Assembly (NCBI GenBank): GCA_902528875.1
Contig: CABZTX010000002.1
Location: forward strand, 7,828 to 71,827
Length of the DNA stretch: 64,000 nucleotides
Direction of reading: 5' to 3'
Source: an uncultured SAR86 cluster bacterium
GTDB lineage: Bacteria; Pseudomonadota; Gammaproteobacteria; Magnimaribacterales; D2472
A model generated the notes under the pieces. It did not search any database, had not been told where the DNA came from, and saw only the letters and a program-made list of their open reading frames with translations. The position numbers and the translations under genes were made by a program. Below, piece by piece: positions 47,176-58,817 of this stretch; positions within the stretch are counted from its first letter, which is position 1, and every line of letters starts with the position of its first letter.

Positions 47176-47520
47176 TCAGCTGCTCTGTTCTATAACAGAA
47201 TTTTCTCCCCAGAGGCCCTCAAGATCATAAAAATCTCTTTCTTCTTTTTTCATAATATTTATAACTATCTGGCCGCAATCAATCAAAACCCATCCAGAAT
47301 CTATACTACCCTCAATCCCAATTACAAATGTTTTATTATCTTTTAGAGCCTCTACAAGTTTTTCTGATACAGACATACAGTGTCTATTTGAGTTTGCAGT
47401 TGCAATTATAATCTCATCGGCAAATGATGAAATTCCAATAACATTTAAAGAAATGATATTCTCTGCCTTACTTTCAATGAGATTAGATACGCATATTTTT
47501 GAGAGATTTATTTTTGACAA
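47176..47520 (-). CDS. rsfS: Ribosomal silencing factor RsfS (YbeB/iojap)
   Basis: 114 aa. ...ADEIIIATANSNRHCMSV... and ...WVLIDCGQIVINIM..EERDFYDLEGLW. Confidence 0.88.
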   Translation of the reverse strand: MSKINLSKICVSNLIESKAENIISLNVIGISSFADEIIIATANSNRHCMSVSEKLVEALKDNKTFVIGIEGSIDSGWVLIDCGQIVINIMKKEERDFYDLEGLWGENSVIEQSS

Positions 47521-47602
47521 AGTTTTTAAGTTTTATAAGATTTATTAAATAAAATTCTTATTGGTATACTAAATCATAATCATAAAAAAAGGTAAGTAAA
47601 TT

Positions 47603-48028
47603 TTGGAAGTCAGCCTGTTTGAGAATCTTTTCAACATTTTTGAAAGTTATAAAAAATTGATTATTGGATTTGGATCAATATCTCTAATATTATTCATATT
47701 TAGTCTTCTAAGTATTAAATGGCTTGTAGCTTTAATACCTGAGGATTATTTTTTATCAAAAAAAAATAAAAAATTTAAATCAAATTTTCCTTTCTTATGG
47801 ATTTTTATAATGCTTATTAAAAATATCTTTGGATATTCCCTAATTATAGGTGGTATTCTTATGTTAGTTCTCCCAGGTCAAGGTTTGTTTACAATTTTTA
47901 TTGGCCTTATGCTGAGTAATTATCCTGGCAAGTATTATATTGAAAAAAAATTTATTGCTATACCAAGTGTCCTTCGATCAATAAATTGGTTGAGGAGTAG
48001 ATCAAACAAACCCCCGCTAAAAGTTTAG
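47603..48028 (+). CDS. Hypothetical integral membrane protein (PGPGW-like motif)
   Basis: Three to four hydrophobic helices and an LVLPGQGLF motif. TTG start in the ORF track, so the start is uncertain. Confidence 0.45.
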   Translation: MEVSLFENLFNIFESYKKLIIGFGSISLILFIFSLLSIKWLVALIPEDYFLSKKNKKFKSNFPFLWIFIMLIKNIFGYSLIIGGILMLVLPGQGLFTIFIGLMLSNYPGKYYIEKKFIAIPSVLRSINWLRSRSNKPPLKV

Positions 48029-48038
48029 GTTTTAGTTT

Positions 48039-48626
48039 TTAATTTGTAGAAATTTCATCAATATATTTAGATAATATTGCGAATCTTTGTGAGGCATCAA
48101 ATGCTTCTAATAAATTTTGTTTAGATTTAGATGGAATTGGAATAAGTCCAGCTAAATGATATGCAACAGAATCAGCTGAGTTAAAGTCTATGTTTATAGG
48201 CATTTCGCTTATGGAAGGATGCTTAATTATTTGAGACAAAATATTTGCTATCTCAGGAAACTCTGCTAGCAATGCTTGATCATCTACCTCAGGATCTGTA
48301 ACCGCTTCAATTTCTCCAATGTTAAGACCATCTTCAAGTTGAACAAGATTTCCTATAAGAACTTTATTCATACATTTTACAGTTATCCCCAAAAGGCCGT
48401 TAGGCAAGCTATTAAAATCAATAATTTCAACATAGGATCCCTTTTTTGATATTTCAAAATCTTTGTTGGATTCGTTTTTCTGATACACCATTACAAAACC
48501 TTTATTATTCTTCATGCATTCTTTAACCATAGTCACATAACGTGGTTCAAAAATTTGAAGATTTTGTATAGTTCCTGGAAGAGAAACAATCCCTAACGGA
48601 AATACTGGCAAACTACTTGCTTTCAA
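48039..48626 (-). CDS. LON substrate-binding (N-terminal) domain protein
   Basis: LPVFPLGIVSLPGTIQNLQIFEPRYVTMV start typical of stand-alone Lon N-domain proteins. 195 aa. Confidence 0.75.
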   Translation of the reverse strand: MKASSLPVFPLGIVSLPGTIQNLQIFEPRYVTMVKECMKNNKGFVMVYQKNESNKDFEISKKGSYVEIIDFNSLPNGLLGITVKCMNKVLIGNLVQLEDGLNIGEIEAVTDPEVDDQALLAEFPEIANILSQIIKHPSISEMPINIDFNSADSVAYHLAGLIPIPSKSKQNLLEAFDASQRFAILSKYIDEISTN

Positions 48627-49911
48627 GATAACTCATTAATGGATTTGTAAATTTTTGACTGTCTCTGTTTGTCATAATTAAAATAATATCATACTCAATA
48701 ATAGTATCTTTTACATTACCTAGTAAACAATCAAGATTATTAAAAGTGTTATCTTGAGTATAAACATTTTTATGGTCTAAGATAAGCGTTTGATCTAATG
48801 AGGCTAGTGAATTTAGCAAATTTTCCTTATGAAAACCTGAGGACATTGTATTTGAACCCAACTCCAAAATACCTAATATCTTTTTACTAGGATACTTATT
48901 TTTAAGAGCTGAGGTTGATAGTCTTATTGCAGTCGGATGATGAGCAAAATCATCAAATATTTTTATTCCAGAGATTTCAGCAATTTTATCCATTCTTCTC
49001 TTAACTCCTTCAAAAGACATTAGGGCTTTAATTGATGCTTCTATGGAAATATTTTCTAGCCTAGCGGCAACGATTGCGCAAACATAATTCTTAAAATTAT
49101 GCTCGCCTATTAACGGAAGACTATCAAGAGAATAAGTAGTTTCATCATAAATTAACTCCCTTTTAGAAAAATTGGTCACTATCTCATCAGAATTAATTAT
49201 TATGTTGTTGCACCAGATACCATTCTCGATAACTTTAACTGAATTGTGATCATCCTTAAAAGAAATAATATTTCCAGACTTTTTAATAGTTTTAATAAGA
49301 TGATTAAATTGTTTTCTTATATCTTTAATATCATCAAAGATATCTGCATGATCAAACTCGATACAATTAATTATCAGATTTGTAGGGTTGTAGTGAACAA
49401 ACTTAGAACGCTTATCAAAAAAGGCTGAATCATACTCATCAGCTTCTATAACGAAAATTTTATTGGTACCAAGTTTTGCTGGATCAGCAAAATTTTTAGA
49501 AATCCCTCCAATTAGGTACCCTATATCTATTCCAATTTTAGAGAAAATATGTGCGAGCATATATGAAGTAGTTGTTTTTCCATGTGTACCAGAAATTGCA
49601 TAAACTTTTCTATTTTTAAGCTCTCTTCCAAGGATTTCTGGCCCAGATGTATGAGGTAAATTATTTTCTAAAATATACTCTACACAATCATTACCTCTTG
49701 AGATCGCATTACCGATTACGTATAAATCAGCTTTTGGTAGAGAATCTTTATTGTATCCTTTAGAGGTTTTTATATTTAAGCTCTCTAGATAATGTGACAT
49801 AGGTGGATAGAATTGAATGTCAGAACCTGAAACATCATGTCCAGACTCTTTTAAGATTTGAGCAAGTCCAGTCATGAAGGTACCACATATACCTAAGATA
49901 TGTATTCTCAT
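48613..49911 (-). CDS. mpl: UDP-N-acetylmuramate:L-alanyl-gamma-D-glutamyl-meso-diaminopimelate ligase (murein peptide ligase)
   Basis: MRIHILGICGTFMTGLAQILKESGHDVSGSD, Mur-ligase P-loop GTHGKTTT. 432 aa. Confidence 0.88.
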   Translation of the reverse strand: MRIHILGICGTFMTGLAQILKESGHDVSGSDIQFYPPMSHYLESLNIKTSKGYNKDSLPKADLYVIGNAISRGNDCVEYILENNLPHTSGPEILGRELKNRKVYAISGTHGKTTTSYMLAHIFSKIGIDIGYLIGGISKNFADPAKLGTNKIFVIEADEYDSAFFDKRSKFVHYNPTNLIINCIEFDHADIFDDIKDIRKQFNHLIKTIKKSGNIISFKDDHNSVKVIENGIWCNNIIINSDEIVTNFSKRELIYDETTYSLDSLPLIGEHNFKNYVCAIVAARLENISIEASIKALMSFEGVKRRMDKIAEISGIKIFDDFAHHPTAIRLSTSALKNKYPSKKILGILELGSNTMSSGFHKENLLNSLASLDQTLILDHKNVYTQDNTFNNLDCLLGNVKDTIIEYDIILIMTNRDSQKFTNPLMSYLESK

Positions 49912-49963
49912 ATTAGTTATAATACGACAGTTGTATTTTATTCAAAGCATTAGTGGAGAAATA

Positions 49964-51220
49964 ATGAAAAAAAACGCATTTTATGCCCAATCTGGTGGTG
50001 TCACATCTGTAATAAACGCAACTGCCGCAGCTTTAATTTTGGAAACCAAAAAACATAAATCAAACATAGGTAAAGTCTTTGCAGGAAAAAATGGCATTTT
50101 AGGAGCGCTCAGAGAAGAACTTATTGATACTTCAAAGGAAAGTTTATCTGCAATTAAATCACTAAAAAATAGACCAGGTGGTGCTTTTGGATCCTGTAGA
50201 GTTAAATTAAAAAGTTTGGATGAAAATAAAAAAGAGTATCAACGTTTAGTTGAAGTCTTTAAAGCTCATGACATTGGATATTTTTTTTATAATGGAGGAA
50301 ATGATTCTGTAGATACTGCACATAAAGTTTCACAAATTAGTAAAAAATTGGGTTACCCAATAAGTTGTATTGCAATCCCTAAAACAGTTGATAATGATTT
50401 AGCAATAACAGATTGTTGTCCAGGATTTGGTTCAGCTGCAAAATATATTGCAACCTCAACATTAGAAGCATCTTTAGATGTTGCGTCTATGTCGGCAACA
50501 TCAACTAAGGTATTTATATTAGAAGTGATGGGCAGAAATGCTGGCTGGATGGCGGCATCATCAGCTCTTGCTAGATCAAAAAAGAACGATGCTCCTCATA
50601 TAATTTTGTTACCCGAAGTTGTTTTTAATCAAAAAAACTTTTTAAACAGAGTTAAAAAGACTGTTGAGCTCTATGGTTATTGTGTAGTAGTTTCCTCTGA
50701 AGGAGTTAAAAACAATAAGGGAAAATTTCTTGCTGAATCTGAATCAAAAGATGCTTTCGGTCATGTTCAACTAGGAGGTGTTGCACCATATTTAGGATCA
50801 TTAATTTCGAATAAATTAAAATTAAAAAATCATTGGGCAGTTTCTGATTACCTTCAAAGGAGTGCAAGACATATTGCCTCTAAAACAGATCTTCTTCATG
50901 CTGAGGCTGTCGGAATTCATGCAGTAAGGTACGCAATCAAGGGTATGAATGGAGTAATGCCAGTAATTATAAGGGGGGAAGGTCCTAAATATTCCTGGAA
51001 AATAAAGCCAGCGCCTCTATCAAAGATAGCAAATGTAGAAAAAAAATTGCCAAAATCTTTTATATCAAAAAATGGTTTTAATGTAACAAATAAATGTATC
51101 GATTATCTAAAACCTCTTATAGTTGGTGAAGCATACCCAAAATATAGTTTAGGAGTACCCTCTGTAATGGAATTAAAGCTAATTGAAGTTAGAAAAAAGT
51201 TACCTCCCTGGATTATTTAA
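49964..51220 (+). CDS. pfp: 6-phosphofructokinase with the pyrophosphate-dependent residue signature
   Basis: PFK family (YAQSGGVTSVINA, GGNDS, PKTVDNDL, MGRNAGW). Start moved to the ATG at 49964, preceded by GGAGA at 49955..49959. The listed start at 49874 overlaps mpl on the other strand. Confidence 0.75.
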   Translation: MKKNAFYAQSGGVTSVINATAAALILETKKHKSNIGKVFAGKNGILGALREELIDTSKESLSAIKSLKNRPGGAFGSCRVKLKSLDENKKEYQRLVEVFKAHDIGYFFYNGGNDSVDTAHKVSQISKKLGYPISCIAIPKTVDNDLAITDCCPGFGSAAKYIATSTLEASLDVASMSATSTKVFILEVMGRNAGWMAASSALARSKKNDAPHIILLPEVVFNQKNFLNRVKKTVELYGYCVVVSSEGVKNNKGKFLAESESKDAFGHVQLGGVAPYLGSLISNKLKLKNHWAVSDYLQRSARHIASKTDLLHAEAVGIHAVRYAIKGMNGVMPVIIRGEGPKYSWKIKPAPLSKIANVEKKLPKSFISKNGFNVTNKCIDYLKPLIVGEAYPKYSLGVPSVMELKLIEVRKKLPPWII

Positions 51221-51701
51221 AATTTTTTGAATTAAGTTCATCTATGATTTCTCTGACAACATTTTTAAGAAGTACTTTATCGTCATCATTAAGAAAATCT
51301 CCAACAAAGACATTTTCTCCTTTAGATCTAAAACTAAGTTTTAGAGATTTGTTTTTATCTTTTTCTATATTAAATGATGTGAATGTCCTAAATTCTTTCC
51401 ATAAATAGTCTGCTTTATTAAAGCCTTTTTCTATTTTAACAATCTCTTCAGATATATAAATTTTCTCTTTTTTACTGCTCCATCTAAAACTTAAATAGAA
51501 TGCAATAAATAAAATTGTTAATTCAAGACCTGCAAATGGCAATATGAGCGAGGCGCCCAGAAAGAAAAATATAATTCCGATGCCACCACAAATAATTGTG
51601 ATGCTTAATAAAAAAAGTATCCTATACTTCCCCTCCAATGAGCTATTTGGACTTAATAAAATTAAATAGCTTGATTCATTATTTTTTTGAACTGAAACCA
51701 A
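51213..51701 (-). CDS. DUF2244-like integral membrane protein
   Basis: LSPNSSL...two TM helices...LPFAGLELTILFIAFYLSF, followed by a soluble domain. TTG start, boundary uncertain. Confidence 0.5.
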   Translation of the reverse strand: MVSVQKNNESSYLILLSPNSSLEGKYRILFLLSITIICGGIGIIFFFLGASLILPFAGLELTILFIAFYLSFRWSSKKEKIYISEEIVKIEKGFNKADYLWKEFRTFTSFNIEKDKNKSLKLSFRSKGENVFVGDFLNDDDKVLLKNVVREIIDELNSKNFK

Positions 51702-51721
51702 TTTAAAGAGCCTTTTGAATT

Positions 51722-53968
51722 TTAGTTATTATCAGAATTATTAACCACTTCGGTTAATCTCTCAATATTTATTAATTTACCAACTTTTTTACCTCGTTTA
51801 GCTCTTGATAAAATGTATTGTTGCCAGTCTTTTGGTTTTAATGTTATTGATCTTTTTCCTACTTCAATCATTAAAGAGCTATCATCTGAGAGAACTTGCG
51901 CATGAGCCATGAATTCTTCACCTGCTTTTAATTTGTCTTTTGGAATATTTATAATTTTGTTTCCTTTTCCTTTTCCTAAAACTGGTAATTCTTTTAATTC
52001 AAATATTAATAGTTTTCCGATGTTTGAAACTGCTGCAATATAGCTGTGATCTTCTTTTATAGGAATTGCTTTTAACATTTTTGCATTTTCTGGTAATTTC
52101 ATAAAAGCCCTTCCAGTCTTCTTGTTTGAAATCATGTTTTTGTATTCCGAAATGTAGCCATAACCAGCCGTATTCATTATTAAGAATCTACTTTCATCAC
52201 TTCCTATAACAGATGAAATAAATTGAACTCCTGAATCAGCACTCAATCTGCCAGTAATCGGCTCTCCCATTCCTCTTGCTGATGGCAACGAGTGACTTGG
52301 AATAGAATATGCTTTTCCGTTGGAATCTATGAAAACAGTGATTTGATTACTTTTTCCTCTTGCAAAATCTTGTAAAGAATCATCACCTCTGTATGACAAT
52401 GAATTTGGATCTATATCGTGTCCTTTTGCACTTCTTATCCACCCAGCCTTAGAAAGAACAACAGTAATAGATTCAGTGATAATGGTTTCTTCTTCAGAAA
52501 AAATCTTTGCTGCGGAAGATGCAATTATTGGTGACTTTCTATTCTCACCGAAGTTTTCTTTTATTTCATTTAATTCTTTTTTTATAAGGGTCTTTAATCT
52601 TGTTTTTGATTTTAATACCTTTTCAATTTCATTTTGTTCAGTGGTGAGATTTTTCTTTTCATCTTCAAGTTTTATTTGCTCTAGCTTGGCTAATTGTCTA
52701 AGCTTTATCTCTAAAATAGCATTTGCTTGAATTTCTGATAACTTAAAATTTTTAATCAAATCTTTTTTTGGTTCATCAGATTTTCTAATTATTTTTATCA
52801 CTTTATCAATATCAATGAATATTAGTAATAATCCTTCCAGGATATGAAGCCTATCATTTACTTGATCAAGTCTATGTTCTAATTTCCTTTTAACAGTATT
52901 TTTTCGAAATACCAACCACTCTTTCAACAAATCAATTAATGCAAATACCTTAGGTCCGCCTTTCAGTGAAATAAGATTCATATTTGTTCTATAATTTTTT
53001 TGTAGATCAGTGGATGCAAAAAGATGATTCATCAAGTCATCTGCATTCACTCTGTTAGATTTAAGAGTTATTACTAGCCTTACCGGATATTCATGGTCTC
53101 CTTCGTCAGCGAGGTCTACTACCATAGGAAGCTTTTTATTCTGCATTTGTTCTGCAATTTGTTCGAGTATTTTTGATCCAGAGGCTTGATAAGGCAGAGA
53201 ATCAATAATTATTGAATTCTTCTCTTGCTGCCATTTTGCCTGGATCTTAAATCCACCTCTACCAGAAGAATACATTTCCTCAAGCTCTTCACTATTAATT
53301 ATTACTGGAGACTCATTTGAAAAGTCTGGCCCTTTTATTATTTTGAGAATTTCTTTTAGGGATGTTTTAGGTTCTTCAAGAATTTTTATTGTTGCATCAA
53401 TGATTTCATTAATATTGTGAGATGGTATGTCTGTTGCCATACCTACAGCAATTCCTGATGTTCCATTTAATAAAATAGAGGGTATCTTTGATGGGAAAAT
53501 AATTGGTTCTAAAAGAGATCCATCAAAATTAGCTTGCCAGTCAACTGTGCCAAGCTTTAATTCAGAAATTAATAAGTTTGCAAAATTTGTAAGCTTAGAT
53601 TCAGTGTATCTCATAGCTGCAAATGACTTAGGATCATCTTGCGATCCCCAATTGCCTTGTCCATCTACCAAGGGATATTTAAATGAGAAATTTTGCGCCA
53701 TTAAGACCATTGCTTCGTATGCAGCACTATCTCCATGAGGATGGAATTTACCAATTACATCTCCTACTGTTCTTGCAGATTTTTTATATTTTGAAGATGC
53801 ATCTAAGCCTAGCTCCGACATGGCATACAAAATTCTTCTTTGAACTGGCTTAAGTCCATCACCGACGTTAGGCAAAGCTCTATCAAGAATTACATACATC
53901 GCATAGTTTAAGTAGGACTTTTCAGCGTACTTTTTTAAACTTATAGAATTAATTTCTTCTCTAGACAT
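51722..53968 (-). CDS. parC: DNA topoisomerase IV subunit A
   Basis: [32 protein letters not shown], active-site AAMRYTE. 748 aa. Follows parE. Confidence 0.92.
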   Translation of the reverse strand: MSREEINSISLKKYAEKSYLNYAMYVILDRALPNVGDGLKPVQRRILYAMSELGLDASSKYKKSARTVGDVIGKFHPHGDSAAYEAMVLMAQNFSFKYPLVDGQGNWGSQDDPKSFAAMRYTESKLTNFANLLISELKLGTVDWQANFDGSLLEPIIFPSKIPSILLNGTSGIAVGMATDIPSHNINEIIDATIKILEEPKTSLKEILKIIKGPDFSNESPVIINSEELEEMYSSGRGGFKIQAKWQQEKNSIIIDSLPYQASGSKILEQIAEQMQNKKLPMVVDLADEGDHEYPVRLVITLKSNRVNADDLMNHLFASTDLQKNYRTNMNLISLKGGPKVFALIDLLKEWLVFRKNTVKRKLEHRLDQVNDRLHILEGLLLIFIDIDKVIKIIRKSDEPKKDLIKNFKLSEIQANAILEIKLRQLAKLEQIKLEDEKKNLTTEQNEIEKVLKSKTRLKTLIKKELNEIKENFGENRKSPIIASSAAKIFSEEETIITESITVVLSKAGWIRSAKGHDIDPNSLSYRGDDSLQDFARGKSNQITVFIDSNGKAYSIPSHSLPSARGMGEPITGRLSADSGVQFISSVIGSDESRFLIMNTAGYGYISEYKNMISNKKTGRAFMKLPENAKMLKAIPIKEDHSYIAAVSNIGKLLIFELKELPVLGKGKGNKIINIPKDKLKAGEEFMAHAQVLSDDSSLMIEVGKRSITLKPKDWQQYILSRAKRGKKVGKLINIERLTEVVNNSDNN

Positions 53969-53973
53969 AATTT

Positions 53974-55866
53974 TTATATTCTAACTAATGAGCCTTTCTT
54001 TTCTAACCATTCTTTTCTTGCAGGTGCATTTTTCTTTGACAACAAAAGATCCATCATTGCATTTGCATTATCAGTTGCTGAAATTGATAACCGAACTAAT
54101 TGTCTTGTTTGCGGATCCATAACAGTTTCTCTTAGTTGAGATGGGTTCATTTCGCCAAGTCCTTTAAACCTTTGGATATTAATTTTAGGTTTGCCTTTTT
54201 TAGCTTTGAATTTCTTTACAACATTATCTTTATGTTTTTCATCTAAGGCGTACAAGACCTCCTTACCACAGTCAATTCTATATAATGGCGGCATGGCAAT
54301 AAAAATTCTACCCTCATTAACCAAGGATTTGAAATGCCTTAAAAATAGAGCACAAAGAAGAGTTGCTATATGAAGCCCATCGGAGTCGGCATCGGCAAGA
54401 ATACAAATTTTTCCATACCTTAGTGAGGTAATATCAGAACTCCCAGGCAACACACCTATTGCAGTGGATAAGTTTTTTATTTCTTGAGACTTGATAATTT
54501 CTTGGCTTTCCAAATCCCATGTATTAAGAATTTTTCCTCTTAGTGGCATTATTGCTTGGAAAGATCTTTCACGAGCTTGCTTAGCTGATCCACCAGCAGA
54601 ATCACCTTCAACTAAAAATAGTTCTGTTTCATTTAAATCCTCACTATTACAATCTGAAAGTTTTCCTGGCAAAGCAGGACCCTTGAAAGTTTTCTTTCTT
54701 TCAACAATACTTGAAGCTTTTATTCTTGTTTGAGCAGACATGATTGCCAGCTCAGCAATTTTCTCACCTTCTTCAGTATGTTTATTTAGCCAAATACTCA
54801 AAATATCTTTTGTTGCACTTGAAACAAAGGTCATATGATCTTTAGAGTCAAGACGTTCTTTGGTTTGGCCTGCAAACTGAGGATTTTGCATTTTTGAAGA
54901 AATAACAAATATTGCGTTGCTTATAACGTCATCTGCGTTTAACTTTAATCCTTTTGGTAAAAGGCTTCTGTATTCACAAAATTCTTTTAATGACTCTAGT
55001 AAACCTGATTTAAACCCGTTTAAGTGGGATCCGCCTTGAGGCGTAGGAATTAAATTTACATAGGTTTCTTCTAATTTATTTTTTGAGGGTTTTTCTGACC
55101 AATTTATTACAAATTCAACTTCCTGAGTGTCTGAATTCTTGGATGATAAGATCGACTCCTCTAAAATTAAATCAATGCCTTCAGATACATCATCAAGATA
55201 ACTTTTTAATCCATCTTCATAAAACCATTTTATTTTTTCTTTCTTTTTTTCATAGTGAAAATCGATGGTTAGTCCAGGACAAAGAACAGCTTTTGCTTTC
55301 AACAAATGTTTTAGTTCTTTTACTTTGATTTCGACCGACTCAAAATATTTTTCGTTAGGTTTAAACTTAATAGTCGTGCCAGTATTACGAATTCCAACGT
55401 CGCCTACAATTTTTAGTTCATTTTTTTTGTCGCCATTATTAAATGACATCTCATGGTCTTTTGAATCTCGCTTGATGTTGACTTGAAGATTCTCAGATAA
55501 AGCATTCACAACAGAGACACCTACTCCGTGAAGTCCACCTGAAAAATTATATTCCTCTCCAGAAAATTTAGCACCAGCATGAAGCTTACATAAAATTAAT
55601 TCAACACCGCTTACTTTGTGATCAGGATGAATATCAACTGGCATTCCTCTTCCATCATCTGCAATTTGAATATTTCCATCCTTATAAATTTTAATTTTTA
55701 TATTTGAGCAATGTCCTGCGATTGCCTCATCAATAGAGTTATCAAGAACTTCTTGAATTAAATGATTTGGGCAAGATGTATCAGTGTACATACCTGGTCT
55801 TTTTTTTACAGGATCAAGACCAGAGAGAACCTCTATTGCTTTTGAGTCGTATGTGTTCTTGGCCAA
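53974..55866 (-). CDS. parE: DNA topoisomerase IV subunit B
   Basis: [58 protein letters not shown]. 630 aa (ParE size, with no GyrB insertion). Confidence 0.92.
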   Translation of the reverse strand: MAKNTYDSKAIEVLSGLDPVKKRPGMYTDTSCPNHLIQEVLDNSIDEAIAGHCSNIKIKIYKDGNIQIADDGRGMPVDIHPDHKVSGVELILCKLHAGAKFSGEEYNFSGGLHGVGVSVVNALSENLQVNIKRDSKDHEMSFNNGDKKNELKIVGDVGIRNTGTTIKFKPNEKYFESVEIKVKELKHLLKAKAVLCPGLTIDFHYEKKKEKIKWFYEDGLKSYLDDVSEGIDLILEESILSSKNSDTQEVEFVINWSEKPSKNKLEETYVNLIPTPQGGSHLNGFKSGLLESLKEFCEYRSLLPKGLKLNADDVISNAIFVISSKMQNPQFAGQTKERLDSKDHMTFVSSATKDILSIWLNKHTEEGEKIAELAIMSAQTRIKASSIVERKKTFKGPALPGKLSDCNSEDLNETELFLVEGDSAGGSAKQARERSFQAIMPLRGKILNTWDLESQEIIKSQEIKNLSTAIGVLPGSSDITSLRYGKICILADADSDGLHIATLLCALFLRHFKSLVNEGRIFIAMPPLYRIDCGKEVLYALDEKHKDNVVKKFKAKKGKPKINIQRFKGLGEMNPSQLRETVMDPQTRQLVRLSISATDNANAMMDLLLSKKNAPARKEWLEKKGSLVRI

Positions 55867-56076
55867 TTTAGTTTGCCTTATGAATTAATTTATAAAAACC
55901 TTTTTTATTATAATTTTTCATAAAAGTTTTTGTGATAATTATTATTCTACTCCAAACATTAAAAAAAAAGGTGTTATTTAAATTTTTAAACAAAACTTTA
56001 GCTTATGTTTATTGCAAAGTTTATTAAATACTATAATGTAAACACCGCATACATTTAAATAAGATAGAATATACAT

Positions 56077-57411
56077 ATGGATAACAAAATTAATATTCAA
56101 ACTTGCTTAATATTATTTATAAGTATTGCAGTAAATTCTGAAAATATTTTAGATATTTACAATGAAGCACTTGAGAACGATCCAACTTATAGAGCAGCTG
56201 AGTATTCCTATTTAGCAGATAAACAAATCCTTGTTCAAGGAAGGGCAGCATTACTTCCAAGCATAACTTTAAGCGGATCAACAAATTGGAATGAGTATTA
56301 TCAAAATGATGAATTGCAGCAGGAGTACAATTCATTTTCTGCAAACGCAAGAGTTTCTCAACCACTTTTTAGACTTGATACTTGGTTTAACTTTAAAAGG
56401 TCTAAATCTCTAACAAATGCTGCTGAGGCAGACTTTGCTTTCGAGCAACAAAATTTGCTTTTAAGGACAGCTGAACTTTATTTTGGAGTTTTGAGAGCTA
56501 TAGATAATTTAAATGCATCCATTTCAGAGGAAAAAGCTATAAAAAAACAACTTGATCAGGCTCAACAAAGATATGAGGTTGGTCTGTCAGCAATAACTGG
56601 AGTTCAAGAAGCCCAACTTGCATATGACCTCAGCAAAGCTTCAAGAATAAGTAATGAAGGAAATCTATTTTCATCAAGAGAAGCTCTCAATGCTTTAATT
56701 GGGAGAGAGATATTTTCTCTAAACGAATTGGGTGATGAAATAGAAATCTCTGAGCCTTTTCCTAATTCAAAAGAAAAATGGGTGGAAATGGCTTTGAAAA
56801 ACAATTTTCAACTTAAGTCTGCATATCTTCAAAGAGATGCTGCAAAAAGCAATGCAAGAAGTGCTGCATCAAACCACTTACCAAAAATAGATATTGTTGG
56901 CTCCGGTTCTGAGTCTGAAACAAATCAATTTAATTACGAGGGTTTTAGCATTAATGGGCAAGGTATACCAGTGCCAGCTGTTACTGGAAGAAGGAATTAT
57001 TCTATTCAGTTAAGTATGCCTCTTTTTCAGGGTGGAGCAGTGAACTCAAGAAGAAAACAAGCTTATTCTCAGTACAATCAGGCTGATGAAAATACATTGT
57101 TTACTGAGAGAAGAATAATTCAAGAAGTAAGATCTCAATTCTCAAATGTTGTTACTTTGGTAGCAAATGTCACTGCACAAAAACAAGCAGTTGTATCTGC
57201 AACCAGTGCGCTTGAAGCTACTCAAGTTGGATACAAAGTAGGTACTAGAAATATTGTTGACCTTTTACAAGCTGAAAAGAATTTATATAGTGCTGAAAAA
57301 AATCTAGCAAATGCAAAGTATGATTATATTCTTGCTAATCTTAGACTGGCACTTGCTGCTGGAACAATTGAACCAAACGATATTATTGAAATTAATAGCT
57401 TACTCAAATAA
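56077..57411 (+). CDS. tolC: Outer-membrane efflux channel, TolC family
   Basis: Duplicated OEP repeats (IYNEALENDPTYRAAEY...; ...AKYDYILANLRL). 444 aa. Divergent from parE as in enterics. Confidence 0.88.
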   Translation: MDNKINIQTCLILFISIAVNSENILDIYNEALENDPTYRAAEYSYLADKQILVQGRAALLPSITLSGSTNWNEYYQNDELQQEYNSFSANARVSQPLFRLDTWFNFKRSKSLTNAAEADFAFEQQNLLLRTAELYFGVLRAIDNLNASISEEKAIKKQLDQAQQRYEVGLSAITGVQEAQLAYDLSKASRISNEGNLFSSREALNALIGREIFSLNELGDEIEISEPFPNSKEKWVEMALKNNFQLKSAYLQRDAAKSNARSAASNHLPKIDIVGSGSESETNQFNYEGFSINGQGIPVPAVTGRRNYSIQLSMPLFQGGAVNSRRKQAYSQYNQADENTLFTERRIIQEVRSQFSNVVTLVANVTAQKQAVVSATSALEATQVGYKVGTRNIVDLLQAEKNLYSAEKNLANAKYDYILANLRLALAAGTIEPNDIIEINSLLK

Positions 57412-57414
57412 TTC

Positions 57415-58224
57415 ATGCCAGAACTGCCTGAGGTTGAAACAACCGTTAGAGCTATAAAGAGTTTTGAAGGCTCTGATTTAAAAAAAATTATAATTCATAA
57501 TCCTAATCTGAGATGGAAGGTTGATCCCAAGATAGAGAAAGTCTTAAGGGATAAATTCATAAAAACAATTAGCAGGCGTGCCAAGTATATTATTATTACT
57601 TTTGATTCAAAATATCTAATAATACATTTAGGTATGTCTGGTAAGCTAAGGATACAAAAATCAAAAGATAATTTCTTCAAAAAGCATGACCATGCGGAGT
57701 TGATATTAAAAGATTTTAAAATTATATATAACGATCCCAGAAGATTTGGGTCAATTCATTTAATAGATGATATAAATTCACATTTCTTACTATCCTCATT
57801 AGGTGTTGAGCCATTGTCTAGATCTTTTAATAAGGAATATTTACACGGTCTTTCAAAAGATAGTAATTTAAATATAAAAAAATTAATAATGGATCAAAAA
57901 AAAGTTGTTGGAGTTGGAAATATATATGCATCTGAGAGCTTATTCTTGGCAAAAGTAAAACCAACAAAAATATCAAGAAATATTAATCTTGATGAATGTG
58001 CTGCAATAGTAAGCTCTATAAAAAAAATTCTCAAATATGCAATTAAAATGGGAGGAACAACACTTAATGATTTCTATTCAGCTGACGGAAGCGAGGGATA
58101 TTTTAAGTTAAAACTCAAGGTTTATGGAAGAGAAGATAAACCATGCAAGTCCTGCGGTGAGGTGATAAAAAAAATTAATATTGGGCAAAGAGCTACTTAC
58201 TATTGCACAAAGTGTCAATCTTAA
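57415..58224 (+). CDS. mutM: Formamidopyrimidine-DNA glycosylase
   Basis: MPELPEVET N-terminus, H2TH, C-terminal zinc finger CKSCG...YYCTKCQ. 269 aa. Confidence 0.95.
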   Translation: MPELPEVETTVRAIKSFEGSDLKKIIIHNPNLRWKVDPKIEKVLRDKFIKTISRRAKYIIITFDSKYLIIHLGMSGKLRIQKSKDNFFKKHDHAELILKDFKIIYNDPRRFGSIHLIDDINSHFLLSSLGVEPLSRSFNKEYLHGLSKDSNLNIKKLIMDQKKVVGVGNIYASESLFLAKVKPTKISRNINLDECAAIVSSIKKILKYAIKMGGTTLNDFYSADGSEGYFKLKLKVYGREDKPCKSCGEVIKKINIGQRATYYCTKCQS

Positions 58225-58703
58225 GAGCCTAATTTAGCTTTCAAAGCTTTCTCTACAGAGGGATGAACAAATTTAGATATATCACCCTTTAGATCACATA
58301 TCTCTTTAATCAAGCTTGATGATACATATATCAAACTCTCCTTTGGTGTTAAAAAGATACTTTCTATATTTGGAGCTAAAGATCTATTCATTGTAGCTAG
58401 TTGGAATTCATACTCAAAATCTGAAACAGCTCTAAGACCTCTTATTATTGCGCAAGCGTTTTGTTCTTTTGCAACGTCAACAGTTAGTTGCCTTGGGAAT
58501 CCCATTACATCAACTTTCTGATTGTCTTGATATATATTCTTTGTTAACTTGATTCTGTCTTCTAATGAAAATAATGGATTTTTGGTTTCGCTTTTAGCAA
58601 TAGCAATTACAATTTTATCAAAAAGACCAGATGCCCTGTCGATGATATCCATATGACCAAAAGTTATAGGATCAAAGGAACCAGGGTAAATTGCTACTTT
58701 CAT
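58221..58703 (-). CDS. coaD: Phosphopantetheine adenylyltransferase
   Basis: VAIYPGSFDPITFGHMDII. 160 aa. Convergent with mutM as in E. coli. Confidence 0.95.
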   Translation of the reverse strand: MKVAIYPGSFDPITFGHMDIIDRASGLFDKIVIAIAKSETKNPLFSLEDRIKLTKNIYQDNQKVDVMGFPRQLTVDVAKEQNACAIIRGLRAVSDFEYEFQLATMNRSLAPNIESIFLTPKESLIYVSSSLIKEICDLKGDISKFVHPSVEKALKAKLGS

Positions 58704-58789
58704 ATATATTGAATAATACTAAACAAATTCATTTAATCAAAATATATATATTTTTAAAAAAACACCTTTTTCAATATATTTTAGTAAAT

Positions 58790-58817
58790 TTGATACCTTT
58801 TGATATTTTGGTATCAT
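58790..58817 (+). promoter_or_regulatory. Predicted sigma70 promoter of the proteorhodopsin gene with an overlapping 7-bp inverted repeat
   Basis: -35 TTGATA (58790..58795), 16-nt spacer, extended -10 TGgTATCAT (58809..58817). TGATACC (58791..58797) and GGTATCA (58810..58816) form a dyad spanning both elements. Confidence 0.5.

Noticed and set aside
49874-49963. N-terminal 30-codon extension of the phosphofructokinase ORF
   Set aside because: The extension overlaps the mpl start on the opposite strand and has no PFK similarity. A GGAGA Shine-Dalgarno sequence precedes the internal ATG at 49964, where the conserved PFK N-terminus begins.
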